Shown here piece by piece: positions 1 through 9,303 of a stretch of 64,000 nucleotides of DNA; the stretch's first letter is position 1, and each line of letters starts with the position of its first letter. The notes beneath the pieces are model-generated. The model saw only the letters and a program-made list of their open reading frames with translations, ran no database searches and was not told the origin of the DNA. The position numbers were made by a program, and so were the translations under genes. Source of the DNA: an uncultured Alphaproteobacteria bacterium (lineage in GTDB: Bacteria > Pseudomonadota > Alphaproteobacteria > HIMB59 > GCA-002718135). Where the stretch lies: assembly GCA_902576125.1 (NCBI GenBank), contig CACGUF010000004.1:363-64362 (forward strand), read 5' to 3'.

Positions 1-1518
1 ATTGCAATAACGTAAAAAATACCAAGAGGACTCAAAGAATGTGTCAAAAGTGTCAGTCTCTCGCACAGCCTTCATTCCTGTTGTTGGACAGGTGGTGTTT
101 TTCCAATTATTAATTTCTTCCTCTGTTGGGTTTGGTTTGTTTTCACTTAAAATTGGCAGTAAAACTGGGAGATCTTTGTCTTGAACAGTAACAATAGTGC
201 CATCTTCTCTATAAAGGACCGGGATTGGACAGCCCCAATAACGTTGTCTAGAAATCCCCCAATCTCTTAACTTATAGTTTATTTTTTTATTACCTATTTT
301 TTCTTTTTCTAATTTTTTTATAACTTCTTCTTTTGCTGTTTCATTATCTAATCCATCTAGAAACTTAGAGTTTATAATAATTCCATTTTCTAACATTGCT
401 TCACTTTTGATTTTTTTAGAATTGTTAGTTGCTAAAGGGCTTTTAACAACCTGAATAACATCCAGCTTATATTTTAAGGCAAAATCTAGATCTCTTTGAT
501 CATGAGCAGGACAACCAAATATGGCGCCAAGACCATAATCCATTAAAACAAAATTTGCTATAAAGAGAGGAATTTTTTTATTTAAAAAAGGATGATTAAT
601 AAATATATTCGTATCATACCCAGCCTTAGTTTTTTCTGAGTCCATATTTTTAATTTCAGAATGAAATTTTTTAGCATTATTATCTTTTTGAATAATTTTT
701 TTTGCAAGTTTGTGTTCTGATGAAATAGCAATAAAAGTTGCTCCAAAAATTGTATCAGGCCTAGTGGTGTAAACCTTGAGAGATTTTTCATCTACAATAT
801 TATTTTCAACTATTGAAAATATAATTTCTGCACCAACTGATTTACCAATCCAATTAGACTGCATAATTTTTACTTTGTTTGGCCACATGTCCAATGAGTC
901 TAAATCAGCTAACAGCTCTTCAGAGTAGCTGCTTGTTTTTAAAAACCACTGTGAAAGGTTTTTTTTCTCAACCAGCGCTCCTGATCTCCAACCCCTTCCA
1001 TCAATAACTTGCTCATTTGCCAACACTGTTTTATCAACAGGATCCCAATTAACCTCAGACATTTTTTTATATGCGAGCCCATTATTATACATATCTGTAA
1101 AAAACTTTTGCTCATGCCTGTAATATCCTGGGTGGCATGTTGCCAGCTCTCTGTCCCAATCTATAGAAAAGCCCATGGATTTTAACTGATTTCTCATATA
1201 TTTAATATTGCCATAAGTCCAATCTGCAGGACTCTTTTTTTCTGTCATTGCAGCATTTTCAGCAGGCAAACCAAACGCATCCCATCCCATTGGGTGAAAA
1301 ACATTAAAACCTTTCATTTTTTTATAACGAGCGACAACATCACCAAGTGTATAATTTCTTACATGCCCCATGTGGATTTTTCCAGAAGGGTATGGAAACA
1401 TTTCAAGCACATAATATTTTTTTTTATTGTCTTTTTTTTCTACTTTAAAAATATTTGCATCTTGCCATTTTTTTTGCCACTTTGGTTCGGCTACTTTGTG
1501 ATTGTATCTTTCCGACAC
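1..1518 (-). CDS. leuS: Leucyl-tRNA synthetase, N-terminal part (gene runs off the 5' edge of the window)
   Basis: Absent from the ORF track because it is open at the window edge. My minus-strand translation from 1518 reads VSERYNHKVAEPKWQKKWQDANIFKVEKKDNKKKYYVLEMFPYPSGKIHMGHVRNYTLGDVVARYKKMKGFNVFHPMGWDAFGLP, which has the class-I HIGH motif (HMGH) and a LeuS-type N-terminus. GTG at 1518 is the first start after the in-frame stop at 1537-1539. Confidence 0.9.
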   Translation of the reverse strand, partial: MSERYNHKVAEPKWQKKWQDANIFKVEKKDNKKKYYVLEMFPYPSGKIHMGHVRNYTLGDVVARYKKMKGFNVFHPMGWDAFGLPAENAAMTEKKSPADWTYGNIKYMRNQLKSMGFSIDWDRELATCHPGYYRHEQKFFTDMYNNGLAYKKMSEVNWDPVDKTVLANEQVIDGRGWRSGALVEKKNLSQWFLKTSSYSEELLADLDSLDMWPNKVKIMQSNWIGKSVGAEIIFSIVENNIVDEKSLKVYTTRPDTIFGATFIAISSEHKLAKKIIQKDNNAKKFHSEIKNMDSEKTKAGYDTNIFINHPFLNKKIPLFIANFVLMDYGLGAIFGCPAHDQRDLDFALKYKLDVIQVVKSPLATNNSKKIKSEAMLENGIIINSKFLDGLDNETAKEEVIKKLEKEKIGNKKINYKLRDWGISRQRYWGCPIPVLYREDGTIVTVQDKDLPVLLPILSENKPNPTEEEINNWKNTTCPTTGMKAVRETDTFDTFFESSWYFLRYCN

Positions 1519-1519
1519 T

Positions 1520-2122
1520 TTAGATGTTTTTAAGTTTTAATTTTTTTGCTTTATTTAATATAGCATTTTCGAGATCTATATTATCTTGATTTTTTGTTTT
1601 AACTCCAATCCACTTATTATTTTTAAAAATTTCACAAAAAGAAGACACTCTAAGGTTTTGTGTTTTTAGTTCAGCACCACTAATAAAAACATTGATTTTG
1701 CACCTTTCGTTTTCATTGTTTTCTGTGCTGTACCAATCAGTAAATATAGTACCCCCAAAAGGATCTGCTGAGCTTAGTGGAATAAAACTTAAGGTTTCTA
1801 AGCTGGCTGACCAAAGATAAGGATTTATTGGCATACCAACGGAAGCAAACCCACCACTATTTTCTTTATTATTAAGTTCACCAAAAACCGTGATGCCATC
1901 TTTACCAAACAGACCACCACCAGTAGACAATCTTGTCTCTGCATCCCTCATGGCCGCCTCTTTATCATTTGCACTATTGATTGCGGTGCCGGACCTACTA
2001 ATTATCTCACCGGTTGTTTGTGCTTTTGACCACAGCTCTTCTTTTTCTTCTTCCGTTAAATCTTGACTACAAGAAAAAATAAACAAAAATAAGACGAACA
2101 AAACTACTTTGAAAAGGGACAT
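1520..2122 (-). CDS. DUF3576-like lipoprotein (conserved alphaproteobacterial gene upstream of leuS)
   Basis: I prefer the internal ATG at 2122, which gives MSLFKVVLFVLFLFIFSC-SQ (a lipobox-like signal). The core GGLFG...PINPYLWSASLETLSFIPLSSADPFGGTIFTDWY matches my memory of DUF3576. The stop lies 1 nt from the leuS GTG. Confidence 0.55.
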   Translation of the reverse strand: MSLFKVVLFVLFLFIFSCSQDLTEEEKEELWSKAQTTGEIISRSGTAINSANDKEAAMRDAETRLSTGGGLFGKDGITVFGELNNKENSGGFASVGMPINPYLWSASLETLSFIPLSSADPFGGTIFTDWYSTENNENERCKINVFISGAELKTQNLRVSSFCEIFKNNKWIGVKTKNQDNIDLENAILNKAKKLKLKNI

Positions 2123-2161
2123 ATTCTCTAAATATTCTATTGCTGTAAAAAAGTAAATTAT

Positions 2162-2195
2162 AAAAAAAAACGGCACTTTAAAAAAGTGCCGTTTT
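2162..2195 (-). terminator. Rho-independent terminator downstream of the porin gene
   Basis: Stem CGGCACT (2171-2177) pairs with AGTGCCG (2185-2191). On the minus strand it is followed by a run of 9 T (the A-run at 2162-2170). Confidence 0.7.
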
Positions 2196-2212
2196 AATAA
2201 AGTTTATTTTAA

Positions 2213-3259
2213 TTAAAATGACATGTTAGCACCGATGTACCAAGAAGAACCGCCTGATGTTTCAGAAGCACCTTCGTTTTCTGAGTCAACATTCTTCCAT
2301 CCGATGTTAGCAGTTACACCTGATGCTACAGCATATGAAATACCAGCATCTGTGATGTCTTGCGCATCATCAGTAGTACCAGCAGTACCTAGAGTAGTGT
2401 TATCTGCACCTTCAGCATTAGTGAAACCAACACTTAGAGTTACATCTCCAGTTACATACTTAACACCAACTTTTGAAACAGTGTTATCAACAATTTCTGC
2501 TTCTGGAGTTGTTTTAACTTTATCACCACTAGCATAACCAGCAGCAACAGTTAAGTTACCAGTTACAGCACTGAAACCAACGTGGAAACCGTTAGAACCT
2601 TCTGAAGGCTCTTGAGCGTTATCTTTCCAATCAGAGTCAGCAACACCTGCACCAATAGTTACAGCAGTGTCACCAGCGCTTGTTACGTAAGTCGCACCAA
2701 GACCCCATGAGCTTTCAAGCTCAACAGATCCATCAGCAGCAACACCGTCATCAACAGAAAGTGAAGCACCGATTTTAAGACCATCAGCCATAAAGTCAGC
2801 AGCTGAATGCCATTCGAAACCAATCGCTGTAGCTTCACCGAAGAAGTCAAGACCAGTTTGTGCTCTGTTTGTAGTTGTTACAGTAATTGAAGCTTCACCT
2901 TGTCCACCCGGAACTGAAATGTCGTGAGATTTAGCAGCGTTACCACCGTTAATCACGTCTAATTTTGATCCGTCAGTGAAAGTAAGTGTAAGACCAGCAG
3001 TTTGAAGACCAGTTGTGCCTTCGTTAGCCAGCATAAAGCTTGAAGCAATACCTACACCGCCATCAGTAGTCTCTGATAGAGAAACTGAAAAGCTAGAAGC
3101 TGTTACTTGTGCCATAGAAGCGTCAGTACTAGCATCAGTATCAGTACCTCTTAAACCAGTGTGGTGACTACCTGACATAGTAGCAGTTACAGCTTCTGCA
3201 ACTGAAGCAACGCCCATAGTAGAAACTAGAGCAGATGCTAATAATAGTTCTTTTTTCAT
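2213..3259 (-). CDS. Outer-membrane beta-barrel porin
   Basis: Signal peptide MKKELLLASALVSTMGVASVAEA. The body is G/T/A/S/D-rich and cysteine-free with an alternating strand-like pattern. The C-terminus WYIGANMSF has the terminal Phe typical of OM barrels. There is a canonical AAGGAG SD, its own terminator, and visibly higher GC than the neighbours. Confidence 0.7.
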   Translation of the reverse strand: MKKELLLASALVSTMGVASVAEAVTATMSGSHHTGLRGTDTDASTDASMAQVTASSFSVSLSETTDGGVGIASSFMLANEGTTGLQTAGLTLTFTDGSKLDVINGGNAAKSHDISVPGGQGEASITVTTTNRAQTGLDFFGEATAIGFEWHSAADFMADGLKIGASLSVDDGVAADGSVELESSWGLGATYVTSAGDTAVTIGAGVADSDWKDNAQEPSEGSNGFHVGFSAVTGNLTVAAGYASGDKVKTTPEAEIVDNTVSKVGVKYVTGDVTLSVGFTNAEGADNTTLGTAGTTDDAQDITDAGISYAVASGVTANIGWKNVDSENEGASETSGGSSWYIGANMSF

Positions 3260-3277
3260 AATATACTCCTTATTGAG

Positions 3278-3295
3278 TTAATGAATATTCATTAA
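3278..3295. promoter_or_regulatory. Perfect 18-bp palindrome just 5' of the porin SD (candidate operator or leader hairpin)
   Basis: TTAATGAAT|ATTCATTAA is exactly self-complementary. It lies 6 nt upstream of the porin SD (CTCCTT on the plus strand at 3266-3271), in the 155-nt divergent porin/yggS intergenic region. Confidence 0.35.
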
Positions 3296-3414
3296 ATATA
3301 AGAAACTACTCTTATATTGATGAACTTCTTAATTAAAAAATTGCTAAAAAACCAAAAAAAGCATAAAAATAAATAAATTTGATATAATGTGTTGTTTTTT
3401 TACAACAATAAGAA

Positions 3415-4053
3415 ATGTTCAATATTAATATTTATAAGAAAATTTTGAAAGAAATAGAGGGTTTTGGGAAAAAAACGCAGATTGTGGCCGTTTCTAAAAA
3501 CCACCCCAAAACTTCTGTAGAATCAGCCCTTAGCTATGGGGTTAGAATATTTGGGGAAAATAGGGTTCAAGAAGCAAAAGCAAAGTTTGATGATCTTAAG
3601 GAATCATACAAAAACATAGAGCTTCATCTTACTGGACCATTGCAAACAAACAAAGTTAAGGAGGCGATCAGGCTTTTTGATGTTTTTCATACTCTTGATA
3701 GAGAAAAACTAGCAAGAGAGTTTGTAAAAAATGGAGAGCTCTATAATAAAAAATTTTTTATTCAAGTTAACACAGGCAGGGAAAAGAATAAGAGCGGGAT
3801 TTATATTGAGGACTTAAATCAATTTGTAAATTATTGCACAAACGACCTATCCCTTAATATTGTTGGCTTAATGTGCATTCCTCCAGTTAACGACAAGCCA
3901 AAAGAACATTTTTCAATTTTATCAAATGAAGCTAAAAAAAATAATCTTTCTAAACTGAGTATGGGCATGAGCTCTGATTATACCGAAGCAATAGAACTAA
4001 ATGCAACATATATTCGTATTGGTACATCATTATTTGGTAAAAGATTAAAATGA
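3415..4053 (+). CDS. yggS: YggS/PLPBP-family pyridoxal-phosphate homeostasis protein
   Basis: VAVSKNHP...GVRIFGENRVQEAKAKF...LHLTGPLQTNKVK...MGMSSDYTEAIE..ATYIRIGTSLFG fits the COG0325 pattern and length. Confidence 0.9.
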   Translation: MFNINIYKKILKEIEGFGKKTQIVAVSKNHPKTSVESALSYGVRIFGENRVQEAKAKFDDLKESYKNIELHLTGPLQTNKVKEAIRLFDVFHTLDREKLAREFVKNGELYNKKFFIQVNTGREKNKSGIYIEDLNQFVNYCTNDLSLNIVGLMCIPPVNDKPKEHFSILSNEAKKNNLSKLSMGMSSDYTEAIELNATYIRIGTSLFGKRLK

Positions 4054-4676
4054 AAACCACATTAGAAATATTTTCAACAGAAAAATTAAGAAATTTTTTT
4101 TCAAACCTCGAAGATTTTTTTCATATCAATATTATAGATATTGAAGAGTTAGGTAATTTTTATGATTCCAATTTTTTAAAATTGATATTCTTAGATAAGG
4201 AAAGTATTATTTCAAAAAAAATTGAAAAAAAATTATTTGAGAATGAAAATATAATTTTTGTTTGTAAAGATTTTTCTGTTTTTCAAAAATTTTCTTTAAA
4301 TCAAAAAAATGTTTTAATTTCTCCTGTATCAATAAATAAATTAATAGATTTTATTAATAATTTTATTAATACAAAAAAACATCACTTTATGAATATTGAG
4401 TTAAAAAATCATACTATTACTAACCCCAAAACAAATGAAAAGATTTATCTAACTGAAGCTGAAAATTATATTCTTCTAAAGCTATTTAATGAAAAAAATG
4501 TTAAAAAAAAATTACTTGAGAGAGATGCCCTGCAAATAAAGCAAGAGCTAAACACATCCTCAATGGAAAGTCATTTAAACAGAATTAGGAAAAAATTGAA
4601 AAAAATTAGATCACATTTTACAATTTCAAGCAAAGAAAAATACGTTTACTTAGAAACAATTAATCAAGATAAATAG
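4050..4676 (+). CDS. Atypical OmpR/PhoB-like protein: degenerate receiver-like N-terminus plus winged-helix C-terminus
   Basis: The C-terminal IYLTEAENYILLKLFNEKNVKKKLLERDALQIKQELNTSSMESHLNRIRKKLKK follows the Trans_reg_C pattern (LT..E..LL..L...V..R..L...........HI..LRKKL). The N-terminus has receiver-like strand spacing (LKLIFLD, IIFVCKD, ISPVSINKL) but no N-terminal acidic pair and no K-P motif. Its start overlaps the yggS stop as ATGA. Confidence 0.45.
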   Translation: MKTTLEIFSTEKLRNFFSNLEDFFHINIIDIEELGNFYDSNFLKLIFLDKESIISKKIEKKLFENENIIFVCKDFSVFQKFSLNQKNVLISPVSINKLIDFINNFINTKKHHFMNIELKNHTITNPKTNEKIYLTEAENYILLKLFNEKNVKKKLLERDALQIKQELNTSSMESHLNRIRKKLKKIRSHFTISSKEKYVYLETINQDK

Positions 4677-5262
4677 GCACAAAAGAAAATAAATCATCAT
4701 CAAGAATGCTGTTATAATTATGTTCATTAAAACTTATTGAAATAATTTCATTTTCAGACTCCGCAGTAATTTTTCTTAGTATTATAGGTTTGTTTTCAAA
4801 AAATATTCTTAAATTTGTTTTAGTTGAATTTATTGAAATAATTTTTTCAAAAACAATTTCTTCACTTTTCTTTTTAGGGGTTAATTTTGAAAAATAATTT
4901 TTATCTAAAAAAATATCATAAAATATGCCCACAATATTTTTCTGAGTAGAAAAAAATTCCTCCTCTTTAAGTTCATGATTTATATATACGCCTTTATTTT
5001 TACTTAATATTAGTGATCTATTAGGCAAAAAATAATCCAGTCTTATTTTGTTATCTTTTATATATATCCGACCTTCTTCTAATGAGGTTCCATTTGATTG
5101 AATAAATTTTGAGGAAAAATAATTTAAATTATTAACATATTTATCTATTTTTGATCCAACATCATCCCCTGCTAGATTTTTTGAAAAAAAAATTACAACA
5201 GACAGTATTGAAAAAGCTGTTAAATTAATTAGTTTTTTTAAGAACTTGCCTCTTGCCTGCAT
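4660..5262 (-). CDS. lolA: LolA-like outer-membrane lipoprotein carrier
   Basis: It lies immediately downstream of ftsK, the classic ftsK-lolA synteny. ATG at 5262 gives a signal peptide MQARGKFLKKLINLTAFSILSVVIFFSKNLAG. The size is right and the sequence looks beta-rich. The start is uncertain (the track start at 5307 lies inside ftsK). Confidence 0.55.
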   Translation of the reverse strand: MQARGKFLKKLINLTAFSILSVVIFFSKNLAGDDVGSKIDKYVNNLNYFSSKFIQSNGTSLEEGRIYIKDNKIRLDYFLPNRSLILSKNKGVYINHELKEEEFFSTQKNIVGIFYDIFLDKNYFSKLTPKKKSEEIVFEKIISINSTKTNLRIFFENKPIILRKITAESENEIISISFNEHNYNSILDDDLFSFVPIYLD

Positions 5263-7477
5263 TATTTGCTTCAGATACGACTCCATCATCCTCCATTTTT
5301 TCAACAATTCTTGCGGCTCTATTATATCCTATTTGTAAATATCTTTGAATAAAGCTAGTTGAAACTTTCTGCTGATTTATAACAATATCAACAGCTTTAG
5401 CATAAAGCTCATCAACATTTCCGTTATCAAAATTAAGAGATAAAGAATTATCCCCGCCATGTTCATCTAATGAAATTTCATTTTTAAAATCAAAAACATT
5501 TTGTTTTTTTATAAAACTTACAACTTTTTCAATTTCTGATTCACTAACAAAACCGCCGTGCAATCTTTTTAAATTTGCACCGTTTTCCAAGAAAAGCATA
5601 TCGCCACTACCCAATAATTGTTCAGCGCCCATTTCATTTATAATTGTTCTGCTATCAAACTTACTTGCAACCTTATAACTAATACGGCTTGGAAAGTTTG
5701 CTTTAATTGTTCCTGTTATGACGTCAACACTAGGTCTTTGTGTTGCAGTAATTAAATGAATTCCAGACGCTCTAGCCATTTGTGCTAATCTTTGAACAAG
5801 ACTTTCAACTTCTTTTCCTGCAACCATCATTAGGTCAGCCATTTCATCAATAACAACAACAATAAAAGGCATCTCCTCAAGCGGTATTTCTCTTTTTTCT
5901 ATTATTGGCTTTCTAGTGTCTTTATCAATTCCTGTTTGAACTTCTCTGAAAATCTTCTTCCCAGATTTTTGGAAGTTATTAATTTTATTGTTAAAGGTCG
6001 AAATATTTTTTACATTTATTGAGCTCATTAACTTATATCTGTTTTCCATTTCTCTAACTACCCACTTTAGAGCAAACACTGCTTTATTTGGGCTTGTTAC
6101 AACTGGCGTTAATAAATGTGGAATATCCTCATATATGCTTAACTCAAGCATTTTAGGATCAATCAAAATTAATTTACATTCATTTGGTTTAAATTTTATA
6201 ATTAAACTCATAATCATAGAATTAATTCCAACAGACTTACCTGAGCCAGTAGTGCCAGCAATTAAAAGATGAGGCATTTTCTCAAGATCAGTAAATATAT
6301 TTTCACCAGAAATATTTTTACCCAGAGCCAATCTTAATGAATTATTTTCTTCAAAAAAAGTATCATCGTTTATTAAATCGCCAAAATAAACAGCCTCTCT
6401 TCTGCTATTAGGAATTTCAATACCCAAACTAGATTTTCCTGGTTGTGAAGAAATTCTAGCAGAAAGAGAAGACATGGCTCTAGCTATATCGTCTGAAAGC
6501 CCAACTATCTTGCTGGCTTTAATTCCCGCTTTTGGCACAAATTCAAAAAGAGTTACAATTGGGCCCGATTTATAGTTTACAATTTTTCCCTCAACACCGT
6601 ATTCTAGTAAAGTATTCTCTAATTTAAGAGAAAGTTCTTGATTTAGTTTTTGTAATTCTTTTGTTTGACTATACTTTACTGAAGATCTCGCAAATAATTC
6701 TGTGCTTGGTAATTGATAAATATAATTATCAAATTCAGAACTTTGTATTTTGTTTTCTTTATTAATCTTACGAATAAAGCTATTTTTATTTTTGTGTAAA
6801 ACTGGTTCGCTTTTATAAGATTTTTGCGAAGTTCTTGCTTTTTGACTTTTCCTTTTTAAGCCTGATAAACTAAAGGCAATTATTCTAAATATTTGTTTAT
6901 AAATAACAGAAATTATAATTTCTATAAACTTAAGTTTTTTTATATACTTAAATTTTATATTAAACACATAGAATAATATAGTTATTAGAGAAAAACAAAA
7001 AACAACATTAACAAATAGACGAAAGAAGTAATTTTCAAAAAAAACTAAATTATAATTATTTAAAAGGCTTTCAATAATATTCGCAATTGCATTGTATATT
7101 ATTCCCCCGTCTGAATAGTACAAATTAAATTCAACAAAAACATGATTAAACAATACTGATGAAAAAAGAATCAAGAAAAACTTAAAAAAGATATTTTTAG
7201 TTGGAAACCCAAATAAAAACAAAAATCCAACAAAAAATATAAAGAGACCAATCACATATGAGTAAATTTCAAACAAAAACAAAAATGTACTTGATAATAA
7301 GGCTCCAAATTGACCAAAAAAATTTGTTATATCTCCAAATGACTGTAGTTTTCCAATACCCGGGTCTTCAGGATTGTGTGTGCCTAGGCTTACAATAATT
7401 AATAAACCAGAGGCGAGAAAAACTAAACCAAAAATGGTTTTCAAAATAAATAATTTAAATCCGCCATATTTAAACAT
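5225..7477 (-). CDS. ftsK: DNA translocase FtsK
   Basis: N-terminal multi-TM region, Walker A GTTGSGKSVGINSMI, Walker B VVVIDEMADLM, RASGIHLITATQRPS, and a C-terminal gamma winged helix VSTSFIQRYLQIGYNRAARIVEKME. Confidence 0.95.
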   Translation of the reverse strand: MFKYGGFKLFILKTIFGLVFLASGLLIIVSLGTHNPEDPGIGKLQSFGDITNFFGQFGALLSSTFLFLFEIYSYVIGLFIFFVGFLFLFGFPTKNIFFKFFLILFSSVLFNHVFVEFNLYYSDGGIIYNAIANIIESLLNNYNLVFFENYFFRLFVNVVFCFSLITILFYVFNIKFKYIKKLKFIEIIISVIYKQIFRIIAFSLSGLKRKSQKARTSQKSYKSEPVLHKNKNSFIRKINKENKIQSSEFDNYIYQLPSTELFARSSVKYSQTKELQKLNQELSLKLENTLLEYGVEGKIVNYKSGPIVTLFEFVPKAGIKASKIVGLSDDIARAMSSLSARISSQPGKSSLGIEIPNSRREAVYFGDLINDDTFFEENNSLRLALGKNISGENIFTDLEKMPHLLIAGTTGSGKSVGINSMIMSLIIKFKPNECKLILIDPKMLELSIYEDIPHLLTPVVTSPNKAVFALKWVVREMENRYKLMSSINVKNISTFNNKINNFQKSGKKIFREVQTGIDKDTRKPIIEKREIPLEEMPFIVVVIDEMADLMMVAGKEVESLVQRLAQMARASGIHLITATQRPSVDVITGTIKANFPSRISYKVASKFDSRTIINEMGAEQLLGSGDMLFLENGANLKRLHGGFVSESEIEKVVSFIKKQNVFDFKNEISLDEHGGDNSLSLNFDNGNVDELYAKAVDIVINQQKVSTSFIQRYLQIGYNRAARIVEKMEDDGVVSEANNAGKRQVLKKTN

Positions 7478-7525
7478 AATAATTGTTTCTAATACCCCTA
7501 GAATAAGGTAATTCGAAGAAAAATT

Positions 7526-8716
7526 ATGAAAGAATTAAATTGTGATTTGCATATAATTGGAGGAGCTCTATCGGGCCTTTTAACCGCTTACTGTGCGGCG
7601 GTTTTGGGTTATAGGATAATTATTTCAGAGAAAAAAAACATCATATCAAATAGTATAAAATCAATAACTGATATCAGAACCACTGCTATAGCGGAAGGAT
7701 CAAAGATTTTTTTAGAGTCTCAAGGTATTTGGAAATTTATTAAGCATTATGCTGAACCAATAAAAAGTATTAGAGTTTTTGATATGACTGCAAAATGTGA
7801 CTTAGATTTTATTAATCCCACACCCAAATCTAATCTTGGGTATATAGTTAAAAACTCAACATTGATTAGTGTATTAATTAAAGAGTTGCAAAAAAAGAAA
7901 AATGTAAAGTTTATAACAGGGTCAAATATTAATTCGATTTTATCTCAAAATTTAAAGATTGTAAGTCTTTCAAATAATAAAAAAATAAATTCAAAGTTGA
8001 TAATAGCTGCAGATGGAAAAAATAGCACTGTTAGAAAAATATTAGGCACTAACTTTTTCAAAAAAAATTATTCGGAAAAAGCTCTTGTTGTAAACTTCTA
8101 CCATGAAATGCCACATAACAATATAGCGTATGAGTTTTTTTTAAAAACTGGTCCATTAGCTATTCTGCCAATGCAAAAAGAAAAAAATAATAATCAAAGC
8201 ACTTTAATCTGGTCCAATAAGCCGGAGATAGTTGACATGATCACAAAGTCAAATTTAAATGATGACTATGTTTTAGAAATTCTTAAAGAAAAACTTTCTG
8301 TATATTTAGGAAATATAAAAAAAATTAATTCAATACAAGCCTTTCCCCTTTCAGCACATATTAACGAAAAATTCTATGATAATAAAACTGTTTACTTAGG
8401 CGATGCTGCTCATTCTATTCACCCTATTGCTGGCCAGGGTTGGAATTTAGGATTGAGGGATATAAAATCAATAACAAGATTGCTAAAAAAAGCAAAAGAA
8501 AATGGTTCAGCGATAGGCACAAAAGATTTTTGTAAAACCTACAATGATCTATGCTATTACGATGCATATAGGCTTTTTGAAACAACTGATAAGCTCGACT
8601 GGATTTTTAAAAAAGACAAATTTTATTTTAGATTTTTAAAAAATGTAGGCTTCAAAGTAATAAATAAAAATAAGTTTTTGAAGGAGAAAATTGTAGAGTT
8701 TGCAATGGGGATCTAA
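7526..8716 (+). CDS. UbiH/UbiF/Coq6-family FAD-dependent ubiquinone-biosynthesis hydroxylase
   Basis: N-terminal dinucleotide fold LHIIGGALSGLL, AADGKNSTVR, and the signature GDAAHSIHPIAGQGWNLGLRD. Confidence 0.85.
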   Translation: MKELNCDLHIIGGALSGLLTAYCAAVLGYRIIISEKKNIISNSIKSITDIRTTAIAEGSKIFLESQGIWKFIKHYAEPIKSIRVFDMTAKCDLDFINPTPKSNLGYIVKNSTLISVLIKELQKKKNVKFITGSNINSILSQNLKIVSLSNNKKINSKLIIAADGKNSTVRKILGTNFFKKNYSEKALVVNFYHEMPHNNIAYEFFLKTGPLAILPMQKEKNNNQSTLIWSNKPEIVDMITKSNLNDDYVLEILKEKLSVYLGNIKKINSIQAFPLSAHINEKFYDNKTVYLGDAAHSIHPIAGQGWNLGLRDIKSITRLLKKAKENGSAIGTKDFCKTYNDLCYYDAYRLFETTDKLDWIFKKDKFYFRFLKNVGFKVINKNKFLKEKIVEFAMGI

Positions 8717-9303
8717 TTAATTAAATTTGTTTCTTGGTCTGAAACCAATTCTATTTGAAGGGAGGATAAAACATTTTCATATAGCTCTTCATTTGATTTA
8801 AGCTCCAAAAACATTTGTTTCATACTATCATCAAAGGGCGAAATCATAACTATAAACTTCAGCAAATCGAGCATGTTTAATTGAGAAAGATCATCTAAGT
8901 TTACATTTATTTTTTTTACCTCTTTGTATTTTTTAAAACTATCAATAATTGTTTTCCTCAGATCTTCATCAAGCTTGTTTCCATTAAAGTTATCAATATT
9001 TTCAATTTCGCATATTCTGAATTTTTGCAATGTATCAATTTCTCTAATAATATTAAAACAGTTTTCTCCTTTTAGATTTATTAAATATCTTTTATCTGGT
9101 GTTTCGTTAAAAACAGTAATTTTACCATAACAACCTATCCTGTAGAGCTCACCATTCTTTTTTTGCTGAACCATTCCTATTAGTCTGTTATTTGATAAAG
9201 AATAGTCTACCATTTCAATATATCTTTCTTCAAATATATTTAAAGGCAGATTTGTTTCAGGAAACAGTATTGCTCCATTTAATGGAAAAATTGGTATCTT
9301 CAT
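8713..9303 (-). CDS. LON N-terminal (substrate-binding) domain-only protein
   Basis: IPIFPLNGAILFPETNLPLNIFEERYIEMV is the typical start of a LON_substr_bdg domain. At 196 aa there is no ATPase or protease part. Confidence 0.75.
   Translation of the reverse strand: MKIPIFPLNGAILFPETNLPLNIFEERYIEMVDYSLSNNRLIGMVQQKKNGELYRIGCYGKITVFNETPDKRYLINLKGENCFNIIREIDTLQKFRICEIENIDNFNGNKLDEDLRKTIIDSFKKYKEVKKINVNLDDLSQLNMLDLLKFIVMISPFDDSMKQMFLELKSNEELYENVLSSLQIELVSDQETNLIN

Noticed and set aside
2223-2537. 104-aa plus-strand ORF inside the porin gene.
   Set aside because: It is an antisense shadow ORF typical of a locally GC-richer gene, with no start context. The porin frame has a signal peptide, an SD, a terminator and a C-terminal Phe.
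3278-3295. Interpreting the porin-upstream palindrome as a Fur box.
   Set aside because: The half-sites (AATGAAT/ATTCATT) only loosely resemble the GATAATGATAATCATTATC consensus, and the symmetry is even (9+9) rather than 9-1-9. AT-rich palindromes are easy to find in ~30% GC DNA, so I cannot assign a regulator.
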